Below, piece by piece: positions 1 to 12,731 of a stretch of 64,000 nt of DNA. Positions within the stretch are counted from its first letter, which is position 1. Every line of letters begins with the position of its first letter. The stretch is taken from positions 43,896,001-43,960,000 of the forward strand of contig NC_043002.1 of assembly GCF_006345805.1 (NCBI RefSeq). The letters are read 5' to 3'. Below the pieces are notes generated by a model, which saw only the letters and a program-made list of their open reading frames with translations, was not told where the DNA came from and ran no database searches. Position numbers and translations under genes: made by a program. The DNA comes from Octopus sinensis. Its lineage: Eukaryota.

Positions 1-1449
1 GATGCCCCTGTAGTTATTTGTCTCTAGGGCGTCGCCTTTACCTTTGTAGCAGTTGACTATTATGCTGCTACACCAGTCATTGGGTATGACCCCCTCGTGT
101 ATCACCTGGTTAACTATACGGGTGACTAAGCTATAGCCGACACCACCAGATATTTTGAGCATCTCTGCAGTAATTCCTGATGGGTCTGGGGCTTTCCCTG
201 TTTTCATGCTTCTAATTGCCTTATCTACTAAGGAACTGTTAACTCGGATTGCTGGTCCCTCTGTTGGGTCGACATTCGGCAGACTCTCTATATCCCATTC
301 ATTTTCTTCATTCAGCAACCTATCATAGTGGCGTCTCCAAGCCTCTCTCTTTGCATCCTCATTAAGCGCAAGTGAACCGTCATCCTTGCGAACACATTTC
401 TCTCCTACCACGTCACGATTCTCTCTCACACACTGTCTTGCAACAAGAAATACCTCAAGTCTTTCATCCTCACGACGCAGGACATTGGCAAATTTTTCCT
501 TATCTGCCTCCCCTCTGGCTAGATAGACCTGTCTCCTGGCTTCCCTTCTGGCAGACTGATACACTTCCCTGCTACCACCGTTCTTCCAGGCCTTCCAAGC
601 CTGTTTCTTTTGTCTAATAGCCCTGTCAACAATATTGTTCCACCACCATGTTATTTTGGGTCTTAAGGGGACTTTGCACCAGCCACAGATCTGGTCAGCG
701 GCTTTCAGCAGGTTGTCCCTCAGAAGCGTCCAGTTGTCTTCTACCCCATGCGTAGCTATACTCCCTTCCATTTCGTCTAAGGCTTCAAATAACATATCTC
801 TAAATCTCTGTCCATTCGCAGGGTCTTTAAGCTTCCAGACCCTTCTTCTCCATGTTGGTCGTCTTCTAGTCGCCCTCTTAGTCCTGATCCTAAAGTCACT
901 AACTACCAGTCTATGTTGTGGGCATTTATAAGCAGCCATCTTTCCTTTTTTCTGGCAAGGATGTAGTCGATTTGGCTAGTATGCCGGCCCGATCGGTAGG
1001 TGACCAGGTGGCTTGTCGGTTTCCTGAAGTTAGTGTTGCAAATCATAAGACTATTCGCATCGCAGAACTCCAGCAGCCTGGTTCCCTCCTCGTTGCGGGA
1101 ACCATAACCGTAGCCTCCATGCACGCCATGGAAGCCCCCAGCACATCGTCCAACATGCCCATTGAAGTCACCAGCCACAAAGAGAAGGTCCCTGTCGTTC
1201 GTCAATGATGTGGTCTGCAGTAGGGTGTCATAGAAACAGTCTTTCTGTCCATCAGGTAGCCCTGGCTGAGGGGCATAGGCCGATATAATAGTTGCTAAAC
1301 TATGGTGGAGCACTAATCTAATCTTAATTATTCTGTCACTTACTGTGACTACCTCGATTACCTTATCTACCCATTTTTCGGCGATAAGCATGCCCACACC
1401 CCCGACTCCGTCAGTATTCCCAGCCCAGAAAATCTTGTACCTCTGTCCT
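1..1449 (-). mobile_element. RTE-clade LINE fragment: APE endonuclease through RT N-terminus, runs off the window start; small deletion/frameshift near 920
   Basis: ORF 903-1397 has APE motifs (SAYAPQ, GDFNGHVG, NTNF, SQIDYIL). 1-380 is the reverse complement of the KAPGPSGI/YKGKGD region of the copy at 4170. Confidence 0.92.
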
Positions 1450-1456
1450 TTGCCTG

Positions 1457-1598
1457 ATACAACAGGCTTCTTTCAGTTTCCGTCTACCAAATCCACTCAC
1501 AAGGCATTGGTCGGCCCGGGGCTATAGCAGAAGACATTTGCCCAAGATGCCATGCAGTGGGACTGAACCCAGAACCATGTGGCTGGTTAGCAAGCTAC
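1457..1598 (-). mobile_element. 5' half of tRNA-derived SINE family A
   Basis: Reverse complement of the head of the full copies at 17514 and 34534. Confidence 0.8.
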
Positions 1599-2991
1599 AA
1601 ATCTTTAAAATATGATCCCAAGACATCATACTTTTCTTTTTTTGATGTGGCTAACAAACTGAAACAGATAACAAATCAAAGCATTTACCGTTAAGTGATA
1701 TACTAAAAAGTCTTCAGTCAGCCATAGCTGTGAATTTTGCATTGCCTGGAACTTTGAGCAAGAGTTGTCAATCATAGTCTTAGATTGATCAAAACATTGA
1801 GAGTGACATTCAGTAGACAGAGGGTAGAAGGCCATTGGAGGAACCATTCCTAATCTTGGCCAGTACACTTCATAAGTTAAGTTGTATGTGTCTATCTGTT
1901 TTCCCATTAATGTTTGTGCATAAATACATTATTTTCTATTTTCTAAGGAATAATTATATCTTTCTGTGTTGATAAAATAAAGATCAAAGATCTTCTATTT
2001 GGAGGGTTCCAGGACTCAGAAATGAACTGGAAGTGATTTTAAGCAAGAAGCATTTCTGCAGTACAATCAAATGTTTTCACAAAATTTGAATGTACACAAG
2101 CAGATTCTGAAATGTAATAATATTATATAGTGAAAGGTAATAGAAGTACTGAAGTAAACATTTAATGGTTTCATTCCCTTACCACCACCTCCTAACTGTT
2201 ATTTAGGTCTAGGTCACTTCTGATCTAGCAGAACTCTGAACAGACATTCCATGTGTAACCATCCCATTCTTTCTCAGACAGTGTCTAAAACTATATTTAT
2301 CAAATGAGTCCAATCCACGCCAGCATGGACAACAGACGGTAAATGATGATGATGATGCGTCCTTTCCTTTTTTTTTGTCAAATAGAATGGGATGTTTAAA
2401 GGGGAACTTGCTTGCGGCAAGTCAAACAAAGGTGTCAGAGGCCCTCTTAACAACTGTGATCATTCATTTGCTAAGTTGTGTTCTTAGAACTCTCAAATTT
2501 TTCTTTAGTTTAACATCACTTTATGATACATATAATATAAACAACATACAATACTAATGAAATAACATTAATTTCAAAGTGATTGGTTTTAAAAAATCAT
2601 TTTCCATCAACTGTTTATCATAATTAGATTCACATTTAACATAAGCTAAGATATATAATACAATACTAATATTTAGTTATAATTTGTATTTATAATTGTA
2701 TTCTTCTTATAAACAGATTCAAAGTATCTGTGATTTTCTTCCTTTGAAATCAAGGATGTAACATCGGCGTAAATAAATCTATTTTGGGGTAATTGGTTAA
2801 AAAAGTTCCCCAACCCCTAGTCTAGGACTGTTGTTGAAAAAATCTACCATACTTGGCAGCTCTGAATATATATTATATATATCATTCTGATTGAAAATTT
2901 ATTTTTACTTTGAATTTCAAATTATATTTACTGTTAATGCAATACATATATATGCATATACACATACAAGTACACATATAGAAATAAAAAA

Positions 2992-2994
<3 letters not shown>

Positions 2995-3047
<53 letters not shown>

Positions 3048-3216
3048 ATATCATCATTTAATGTCCACTGTCGATGTTGGCATGGGTTGGACGGTTTGAC
3101 CAGAGGTGGGATGCTGCACCAAACTCCAGTCTGATTTGGCATGGTTCCCTTCCTAACACCAACCACTTTACAGAGTGTGCTAGGTGCTTTTACATGTCAC
3201 TGCACAGGCACTTTTA

Positions 3217-3280
<64 letters not shown>
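2995..3280. repeat. (CA)n, minus-strand RTE 3'-end fragment, then (CT)n(AT)n microsatellites
   Basis: Read directly from the sequence. Confidence 0.85.
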
Positions 3281-3285
<5 letters not shown>

Positions 3286-4089
3286 TAATCATTTCTAGTT
3301 TCAAAAAAAGGAATTTTCTAGAGTATGATCAATGAGTGCAGGTTTCATATAATTAAACAATTATTTTCTATAAATGAACATTCTTATTGTTATGATTAGA
3401 CTTGTAAACATGATATCAATTAGGAAGCCTTCCAATCATTAATTACTTGAGTTTTGTGTCATTTTTTCTTGAGAAAAAGTACATGTGTGCTACTTCTTTG
3501 CAATTCAAAATATAATTTTTGTCTATTTATAAACAGTTAATCTGAATTTTTTCAAGTGAATTTTATTTTCTGCAAAATCATTGTATACTTAAGTTGTTTT
3601 TCTTTTTCTTTACTATTTAAAAAATTTTTAGTTATTTTTGCTTGCATGTAAATTATCAGCCTTGTTTTAGAGTTCGAACTAATTTTCTGTTATTGAACAG
3701 TCTATTTTTACTGGCAAGCAAAGCAAATATAAGTTTTGCTTTAAATATCTCTCTGATACACCCCACCACCACCACCACCAACTATTTTCTCTGTTCATTG
3801 CTAATTCTAACGAACTAAGTGACCGTTTTCTTACTATATTATTCATATGTTGTCCAAAAGTAGAAAAGCTAGGCTTTATAAATTAAAGAATATGCTAAAG
3901 ACTAAACTAGTTTTATACTTTCTTGAAATTTACTTTCGTGGTGGGTGTAAATTCATAACATTACCAATAAAAGGTCTAGTATGCTAATTATATTTTTTCT
4001 TGTTTTGAATGAAGCAGCAATGATAATACAATACATGTGTTTGTGTCTATAGATATATGTGTGTGTGTGTGTGTATATGTGCATATATG

Positions 4090-4169
<80 letters not shown>

Positions 4170-4170
<1 letters not shown>

Positions 4171-6466
4171 TATGGATGACAGCTCACTTGAATTTAATGA
4201 GGCTGCAAGGAGAGAGACTTGGAGATGCCACTATGAAAGGTTGCTAAATGAAGAGAATGAATGGGAGAAAGAGAGTCTGCCGAACGTTGACCCAACAGAG
4301 GGACCAGCTATCCGAATTGACAGTACCTTGGTAGATAAAGCAATTAAGGGTATGAAGACAGGGAAAGCTCCTGGCCCATCAGGAATCACCACTGAGATGC
4401 TTAAAATATCTGGCGGTGTAGGCTATATTCTAGTCACCCGTATAATTAATCAGGTGATGCATGAAGGAATCATAACCAATGACTGGTGTAGCAGCACCAT
4501 AGTCAACTGCTACAAAGGGAAAGATGATGCTTTAGATACAAATAATTACAGAGGTATCAGGTTATTGGATCAGGTAATGAAAGTCTTGGAGACTAATTAG
4601 GGAGAGAGTCAATCTAGACGAGATGCAGTTTGGGTTTGTGCCAGGAAAAAGCACCTCTGATGCTATATTTCTGGTAAGACAGCTGCAGGAGAAATACCTA
4701 GTCAAAGATAAACCTCACACCTGGCTTTCATTGACATGGAGAAAGCCTTTGACAGGGTCCCCCGATCCCTTATCTGGTGGTCAATGAGGAGACTAGGGAT
4801 GGATTACTGGTTAGTGAGAGCTGTACAAGCAATGTACAGGATTGCTGTCAGTAAGGTGAGGGTTGGCAATGAGTACAGTGAAAAATTCCAGGTAGGGGTA
4901 GTGGTCCACCAAGGATCACTCCTCTGCTCCCTCTTATTCATCATAGTCCTCCAAGCAATAACAGAGGAATTCCAGACAGGATGCTTCTGGGAGCTTCTCT
5001 ATGCTGATGACCTTGCTCTAATTGCTGAGTCACTATCAGAATGAGAGGAGAAGTTTCAGGTGTGCAAACAAGAATTAGAATCGAAGGGCCTCAGAGTCAA
5101 CCTAGCTAAAACCAAAGTCTTAATAAGTAGGAAGCCAAACAAACCACAAATCCCTTCAGGTAGATGGCTCTGCTTGATCTGTAGAAAAGGCGTAGGTAGA
5201 AACTCCATAAGATGTACCCAGTGTAAGCTATGGACACATAAAAGGTGCAACAATATCACAGGAAGGCTAACAGCAATATCACAGGAAAGCTAACTGGGAA
5301 GATAGTTTGTGTGTGTGGCAAATGTGCAGGAGCAATAAATACTGAAAATGTGCAGAGAACACCTTCCATCACATTCCAGGGGAAAAAAACTATAAGTCGT
5401 TGATAGCTTCCGTTACCTAGGTGACCAAATCAGTTGTGCGGATGGATGTTCTGAAAGTGTAGCTGCTAGAATAAGAATAGCCTGGGCAAAGTTCAAAGAG
5501 CACCTACTTCTGCTGGTGACAAAGAGCCTCTTGCTCAGAGTAAAAGTTAGACTGTATGATGCATGTGTGTGAACAGCCATGCTACATGGCAGTGAAACAG
5601 GGGCCATCACTGCTGAGGACATGCATAAGCTTGCAAGGAATGAAGTCAGTATGCTCCACTGGATGTGAGAGAAAAGTTGGATCTAAGAAGCATCAGATGT
5701 GGTGTGCAAGAGAGATGACTGCGTTAGTATGGTCATGTGTTGCGAATGGATGAAGACAGCTGTGTGAAAAAGTGTCACACACCAGCCGTTGAGGGAATCT
5801 GTGGAAAAGGTAAACCCAGGAAGACCTGGTATGAGGTGGTTAAGCATGACCTTAGAACATTGGGCCTCACCGTGGCAACGACAAGTGACTGAAACCTTTG
5901 GAGATATGCTGTGCTTGAGAAGACCTGGCAAGCCAACTATAACTGTGGCCTATGCCAGTGCTTTATGATCAGCCCATTTAAGAGTACCCTTCAATCATTG
6001 GGCAATAAACTGCACTTGCAAAGATCTGTTGAGGCAAGTGAAATCATTGTCATGGCCGATGACAGTACCGTCTGATTGGCACCTGTGCCAGTTGAACGTC
6101 AGAAACTCCATTCAAGCATGATCGTTACCAGTACCACCTGACTGGTTCCCATGCCAGTGGCATGTAAAAAGCACCATTCAAGCGTGATCATTACCAGTAT
6201 CACCTGACTGGGCTCCTGTGCAGGTGGCATGTAAAAAGCACCATTTGAGTGTGGCCGATGCTAGTACCGCCAGACTGGCCCTCATGCTGGTTGCACGTAA
6301 AAAGCACCCACTACACTCACAAAGTTGTTGGCATTAGAAAGGGCATCCAGCTGTAGAAACTTTGCCAGATCAGATAGGAGCCTTATGCAGCCTTCTGGCT
6401 CGCCAGCCTTCAGTCAACCCATGCCAGTATGGAAAGCAGATGTTAAACGATGATGGTGATGATGGT
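4170..6466 (+). mobile_element. 5'-truncated, disrupted RTE LINE: RT, Cys-rich finger, C-terminus, tandem-unit 3' UTR and (GAT)n tail
   Basis: KAPGPSGI, NYRGIRLL, QFGF, MEKAFDRVPR, HQGS, LLYADDL, LRVNLAKTK, all with stops and frameshifts. The 3' UTR has repeated gtggcatgtaaaaagcacc units and ends aaacgatgatg. Confidence 0.93.
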
Positions 6467-6808
6467 ATACATACATCCATACATACATCATCATAACAGT
6501 CATATTTTCATGCTTTCATGGAGCTGATGGAATTCATTGAGGCAGATTTTCTACTGCTAGATGCTTTTCCAGTCACCAAACCCCTTCTATTTCTATAGAA
6601 GGTGATAGTCCCTTAGTCTGTCACACACTAAAACATCCTGGTTATAGGTATGAGCCTCTTTTGTTTACAAATACTGTGCAATTCGTCAAGAAGCCTGAAT
6701 ATGCTTTTCTAATTGACCATAATCATATGACACAACCAAGTGAGGTTGTTGCCTTGTTTTCAGAAAACTAAGCATATAAAGACAAAGGGAAAATCAAACA
6801 CGAACATA

Positions 6809-7653
6809 CAAGGTGGTACCAAAAAGTTCCCAGACTAGTTATGTAGCGTACCAACAGATGGCAGCACACAGCTGCATGCACTGTGAGAGCTAACTATGAC
6901 CTTCATGAGGCAGTATGCTAAATGATATTGCTGTGTTTACTTCACAAGTTGTGAAATTTGTGTTTTTGTGATTACATGTGTGTTGTAGTCTGTGATTTTG
7001 TCATGGACAGGAAGCTGGAACAAAGAGCCAAAGTGAAATTTTGTGTTATACTTGGGAAGTATGCTACTCAGACATTGAGCATACTTCGGCAAACTTATGG
7101 TGATGAGGCCATGAGTCGTACACAGTGTTTTGAGTGACACAAGTGCTTTAAAAGTGTTGCAGCTGAATCAAGAGCTTGCTCATCACTTTTTCCAACATCC
7201 ATGGTATTGCGCCTTGAGAATTTTGTCCCCAGGGCCAGGCCATCAATTGAGAGTTCTATCGTGGTGTTTTAAAGTATTTGAGAAAGGACATTCTGTGAAA
7301 GTGACCGGATCTGTGGAACACGAAAAAGTGGATTCTTTATGCTAACCATGCACCCTGTCACTGAGCTCTCCTGACTCATGAGTTTCTCACTAAAAACAAC
7401 ATGGTATCACTTCCGGACCCACCCTATTCACCAGATTTAGCACCAGCAGACTTCCATCTCATTCCCAAAATGAAAATGCTGCTCAAAGGTCACTGTTTTA
7501 ACAATGTTGTTGAGGTCCAGAGTGAATCACAGTAGGTCCTCTTGCTTATGGGAAATGTCTTCCAGACTGGATTCCAAAATTGGAAGCATTGCTGGTAAAT
7601 AAGTTATTTTTTATTAACCATAATTAGTCTGGGAAGTTTTTGATACCACCAGA
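6809..7653 (+). mobile_element. Internally deleted mariner DNA transposon
   Basis: TA then TIR caaggtggtaccaaaaagttcccagacta, with an inverted copy at 7625-7650. Transposase relics MDRKLEQRAKVKFC...YGDEAMSRTQCFE and PPYSPDLAPADF. Confidence 0.88.
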
Positions 7654-9224
7654 CACACACACACAAACACAATACTTACATACATATGTACATACATATA
7701 CTTTCATACATACATACCTACATGCATGCATATGAGTATCATACATGCATGTATACTTTTAAACATCTCATCAACGAGTACAAGTCACCTCCCTCAATAC
7801 TACTCCCCCCACTCAAGGGGATTTTGTCTTGCAAGTTACCTGGTGATCTTGCTGGTGTTCATGCCATGCAAAAGGACCCACTACACTCTGTATATTGCTT
7901 GGTGTGAAGAAGAGTGAAACCATGCGAAAACAGATAATAAAGTTTGATACAGTCCTCCGGCTTGCCAGCTCTTGTCAAACCATCCGATTCATGCCAGTCA
8001 ATTTGTTCATCTAAAATTCTTCAAGGCAGTGCCTCAGCATGGTCATGCTCTGATAGCTGAAACTAGTGAAAGATACAAGAGAAAAGATATAAGGATATGA
8101 AAAGAAACTTCAATAAATATAGAATAAGCTATCAACAATAAAGTATATATGGATTCTGTAGAGATTTGTGAGGGTCGACAATATGGAAATAAGCATGTTC
8201 ATATAGACGCAGACATGGCTGTGTGGTTAAAGTGTTTGCTTTGCTACCACATGGTTTTGGGTTTGTTCCCACTGCATGACACCTTATGTCAACCAATGAC
8301 TTGTAACTGAAGCTGGTAAATGGGAACTCTGAAAAGCCTAGTGAATGTGTGTATGTGTGTGTGTTTGTATGCTCCCCCCCCCATCACTGCTTGACACTTG
8401 GTGTTGATTTGGTTATAAAGCCATAACATAATAGTTTAGTAAAACTGACTGATGGAATAAGGACTGGCATTGATTTGTCCAACTAGCTCTGCAAAGTAGT
8501 GCTCCAGCACTAAAAGAAATAAAGGAATCTATTTACTAGTGGAATAGGTGAGGTAGACACATGGATGAGAAAATACACTTTTTGTCTTTCTATCTAAAGA
8601 AAAGAATGATGAAAATTATACATTTTAGCAAAAGAATTTGTCACAAACACTACCTGGAAAATTCTCGATTAATAGATTATTAGCAGCTGTTTCTAATTTA
8701 GGCCCAAGGCCAGTAGTTTTAAGTGGAATGGCTGGTTAATGGCATTGATGCCAGTCCTTGACTGGTACTTTACTTTATTGACTCTTAAAGGAAAAAAGAA
8801 AACAGTAAACTTGACCTCAGCAGTACTTGAATCCAGAACATGAAGTGCTGGAGGAAATACCACATGGCATTTCTTTTCCAATGCTCTACCACATTCTACC
8901 CATCCACCACTTTGTAAATTATCGACAGTATTGTTGCCAGAGATGTAGAGAATTATGCAGAATGAAATAGCAATCTTAGCTAAGCATGTTCAAGCTCTCC
9001 TAACAGTACATGACCCAGTAATTTTTTTTTTTTTTTTTCATTTCTGTTCTTGTACTGTTATTTATTAAGGTTAAAATTAGACTAGGTAATCTTTTGGGGC
9101 AATTATCAAAATTTGGCCTGCTAATTTCCCCAGTTTTTGACAGTTTACAGAATTTTTTCCTATCTTTTGTTTATTTTCATTTTTGGCAATGTCCCTCATT
9201 AGCTGGTGATTGGTGAACACTCAC

Positions 9225-9445
9225 TTGCACACACATATGCACACACAAAACGGACAGACACACACACACACACAGATACACACACACACACACACACAAA
9301 CAGACAGACACACACACAGATACACACACACAGACAAACAGATACACAACACACACACACACAAACAGATACACACACACAAACAGACACATGCACACAG
9401 ATACACACACATACACAGATACATACACACACTGTGTGTGTGTGT
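9225..9445. repeat. Compound (CA)n/(CAGA)n microsatellite
   Basis: Read directly; it explains several spurious ORFs. Confidence 0.9.
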
Positions 9446-10153
9446 AAATATTCAGCAATCACCTGTTCATGAAAAGAATGAAAAACAAATTTTCCATGAA
9501 CTACTGACAGTGTTAAGAAATCCACAGGCAAAATTTTGACAATTGCTTCACTTAAACCAAAAGTTTGCCCATTCTAGTTTCCACCTTATTTTTGACAGTT
9601 GCAATTCTTATACTGAAGAATATGGAATCGTCCCTTATTTGGGGGAAATAAGACTTCAGATAATATTATCACCTAATCAGAGCTAAAGAATTTTTGAATT
9701 TAATTGAGGAGGGATTTCTGATTACAGATTTGATCATGTTATGTAGTAGCATCATTATCATTTAACATCCACTTTTCCATGCTTTCATGGGTCGGATATG
9801 ATTTGTTGAGATGGATTGTCTTCAGCTGGATGCCTTTCCTGTTGCCAACACTTGTTTCCAAGTAAGGTAATATTTCCCCAAGGCCAGACGTATCTCAGAT
9901 TTGAGACTATGGCATTGCTTGTATCATGGTGACACTTGCTTATAACTATCACACAGTGTCAAGGGGACAGTACTGAACACACACACAACTTATACATGAC
10001 AGGCTTCTTTAAGTTTCCATCTACCAAATCTAATCACAAGGCCTTGTGATTAGAAGACACTTGCCCAAAGTGTCATTCAGTGAAACAGTCCCTGAAACTG
10101 TATGATTATGAAGTAAGCTTACCATACAGCCATACCTACAACTGTTTTATATA

Positions 10154-10192
10154 TTCACCCAGGCGACCCGGGTTCGATTCCCGGTATGGGAA
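10154..10192 (+). pseudogene. 3' half of tRNA-Glu(TTC), anticodon to discriminator, fused upstream of a SINE
   Basis: ttcacccaggcgacccgggttcgattcccggtatgggaa nearly matches the 3' half of metazoan tRNA-Glu-TTC. The 5' half is absent. Confidence 0.85.
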
Positions 10193-10209
10193 CGGCATTA
10201 CTGTTTAAA

Positions 10210-10435
10210 GGCGGCGAGCTGGCAGAAACATTAACACGCCAGGCGAAATGCATAGCCGTATTTCGTTTGCCGTTACATACTGAGTTCAAATTCTGCCGAG
10301 GTCGACTTTGCCTTTCATCCTTTCGGGGTCGATAAATTAAGTACCAGTTCACTGGGGTTGATATAATTGACTTAATTCATATATCTGTCCTTGTTTGTCC
10401 CCTCTGTGTTTAGCCCCTTGAGGGTAGTAAAGAAA
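10210..10435 (+). mobile_element. tRNA-derived SINE family B
   Basis: ggcggcgagctggcagaa head, gagttcaaattc B-box, central gaggtcgactttgcctttcatcctttcggggtcgataaa domain. Near-identical copy at 11833. Confidence 0.88.
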
Positions 10436-10529
10436 TATATATTCTTGCCTGAAAGGAACAATAGAGACAATAAATGAATTCTGATTTGAGCTGGCTAAGG
10501 GTGGTAGACCTTGAAATAATCTACATTAA

Positions 10530-10893
10530 CCCTTTAGCATTTAAACTGGCCATGTTCAGCCCAAATATTCAACCTGTTTTATGGTGAAGCTGGACAGATC
10601 TGGCTTCTCACTCCTATTCTACAATGTAATTTTGAAAATAAACAATCACTTCTGTGTTTGTGCCACATAAAAAGCACTTAGTCCACTCTGCTGGGTGGTT
10701 GGTGTCAGGAAGAGCATCCAACCATAAAAACCCTGTCAAAACAGACACAGCATGGAAGGCAGATGTTAAATGATGATGATGATGATGATGATGATCACTG
10801 AAATCTTGAAACTACAAGATGATGTATGATTAATTCAAAACAATGTGAATCAATAAGCATTGAATTTGTCAGAGCAATCTGAGTGCTGAAGGA
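10530..10893. mobile_element. TTAA-flanked MITE (piggyBac-type ends) interrupted by an RTE 3' fragment at about 10650-10795
   Basis: ttaa|ccctttagcatt ... gtgctgaagga|ttaa. The insert is flanked by atcact duplications. Same family recurs near 26030, 27541, 39390, 41582, 42672 and 52020. Confidence 0.75.
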
Positions 10894-11042
10894 TTAAAAC
10901 TTATATTTGCATACTAAAGATTAGCAAATAACTAATCTTTATTGCCATATGTATCTGGTGTCTATAATAATGTACAGAGCTGATATGGTGTGACATTAGT
11001 TCTGAATTAAATGGTATGGCTCCAAGTTTCTGAAATAAATTA

Positions 11043-11532
11043 TAGGTGCAAGCATGGCTGTTTGGTTAAGAAGCTTGCTTTGCAACCATGTGGTTTCAGG
11101 TTCACTCTCACCACACAACTTCTCAGACAAGTATATTCTACTGTAGCACTGGGCCTACTTATGCCTTCTGAGTGAATTTGGTACACAGAAGTTGTGTAGA
11201 AATCTGTTGTGTGCGTATATGTAAAAAATACCATCTGAACCTGGGTGATGCCCCCCCCCCCCCCGACTGGCTCCTGTACTGATAGCATGTAAAAGCACCA
11301 TCTGAATGTGGCCGATTCCAGTGCCACCTAACTGGCTCCTGTGCCGGTGGCATGTAAAAAGCACGTGCTACACTCTCAGAGTGGTTGGCATTAGGAAGGG
11401 CATCCAGCTGTAGAAACATTACCAGATCAGATTGGAGCCTGGTCCAGCCTCCTGGCTTGCCAGTCCTCAGACAAACTGTCCAACCCATGCCAGCATGGAA
11501 AACAGATGTTAAACGATGATGATGATGATGAT
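11043..11532 (+). mobile_element. Old SINE A head followed by an RTE 3'-UTR fragment with (GAT)n tail
   Basis: Similarity to the 17514 SINE head and to 6000-6466. Confidence 0.75.
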
Positions 11533-11832
11533 TCGTATATGCATGTATGTCTTCGTGTTTGTCACTAATGCAGACTGGTTGGTGTTAGGAAGGGCATCCA
11601 ACTGTAAAAGCCCCGCCAAAGCAGACACAGTGGCTCGGAGTAGTTTTCTACCTGTCCTGCTCCTGTCAACCATCTAGCCTATGCATGTATGGAAGACAAA
11701 TGTTTAACAATAATGATGCTGATGATAATATATATATATATGTAGCACATCCACTTCGGCCCACACGGTCCCTCCGAGGGTGCTCTTTACCGAGTATCCG
11801 TGGCGGCCAGTACATTCACTGTGAAAAAATAA

Positions 11833-12062
11833 GGCGTTGAGCTGGCAGAAACGTTAGCACGCTGGGTGAAATGCATAGCCGTATTTCGTCTGCCATTACA
11901 TTCTGAGTTCAAATTCCGCTGAGGTCGACTTTGCCTTTCATCCTTTCGGGGTTGATAAATTAAGGACTAGTTATGCACTGGGGTCGATATAATCGACTTA
12001 ATCCATTTTTCTGTCCTTGTTTGTCCTCTTTGTGTTTAGCCCCTTGTGGGTGTAAAGAAATA
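11833..12062 (+). mobile_element. tRNA-derived SINE family B with a GC-rich 5' extension (11742-11832)
   Basis: Colinear with 10210-10435. The whole unit is flanked by (TA)n. Confidence 0.88.
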
Positions 12063-12694
12063 GATATATATATGTATATATATATATATTTGTGTGTGCA
12101 TGTGTTTTTGTATTTGTCACCACACACTGCTTCACAACTGGTATAGGTTTGTTTACCTCACCATAACCTAACAGTTTGGAAAACGTAAATGATAATATAA
12201 ATATCAAACTTACAAAAATTTAAGTAGTGGAGTTGATTTATTCAAATGAAAAATCCCTTATGATGGTGTCCCAGCATGGTTGCAGTCCAATGACTAAAAC
12301 TAGTGAAAGACAAAAAATGAACCAGCAAGATTTTAAGTAAGAAATGAGAGTAGAGTCTCATAATTAATTAGGCAGAAGTTTGGAGAGTATCGATTTCGAG
12401 ATAGACAGTTATTGAATTTTAAAATGGGAGTTAATAAATAAGATGGTACAAATTCAAATGAAAGTTTGTTACAATCTTGATTTCATATTCTAGTATTTTA
12501 TTACATTAAGCATTTTTTTTTTCAGTTGGAGGAGGGACTGTTCCCATGCTCCTTGCAATTCACGTTCTTATTCTATCAGTCTCTTTTGTCAAGTCACTAA
12601 GTTACAGGAATGTAAACCATGCAGCACCTAGTTTTCAAAGAGGTTGTTAAAGTGGTTAAAGAGGACAAAAACAAAGACACACACATGCATACAT

Positions 12695-12731
<37 letters not shown>

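Noticed and set aside
6050-6320. CRISPR-like appearance of regularly spaced repeats (also 15860-16025, 27745-27950, 35200-35530)
   Set aside because: The intervening sequences are themselves homologous, the units belong to an RTE 3' UTR, there are no cas genes, and the context is eukaryotic.
9177-9539. Cys/Val- or His/Thr-rich ORFs here and at 31350-31721, 40941-41261, 47351-48078 and 56134-56366
   Set aside because: They are translations of (CA)n/(TA)n microsatellites.
10154-10192. Functional tRNA-Glu gene
   Set aside because: The 5' acceptor strand, D-arm and A-box are missing.
11742-11832. Twister or HDV-like ribozyme
   Set aside because: cggtccc...aggg is reminiscent, but the required conserved residues and pseudoknots could not be placed.
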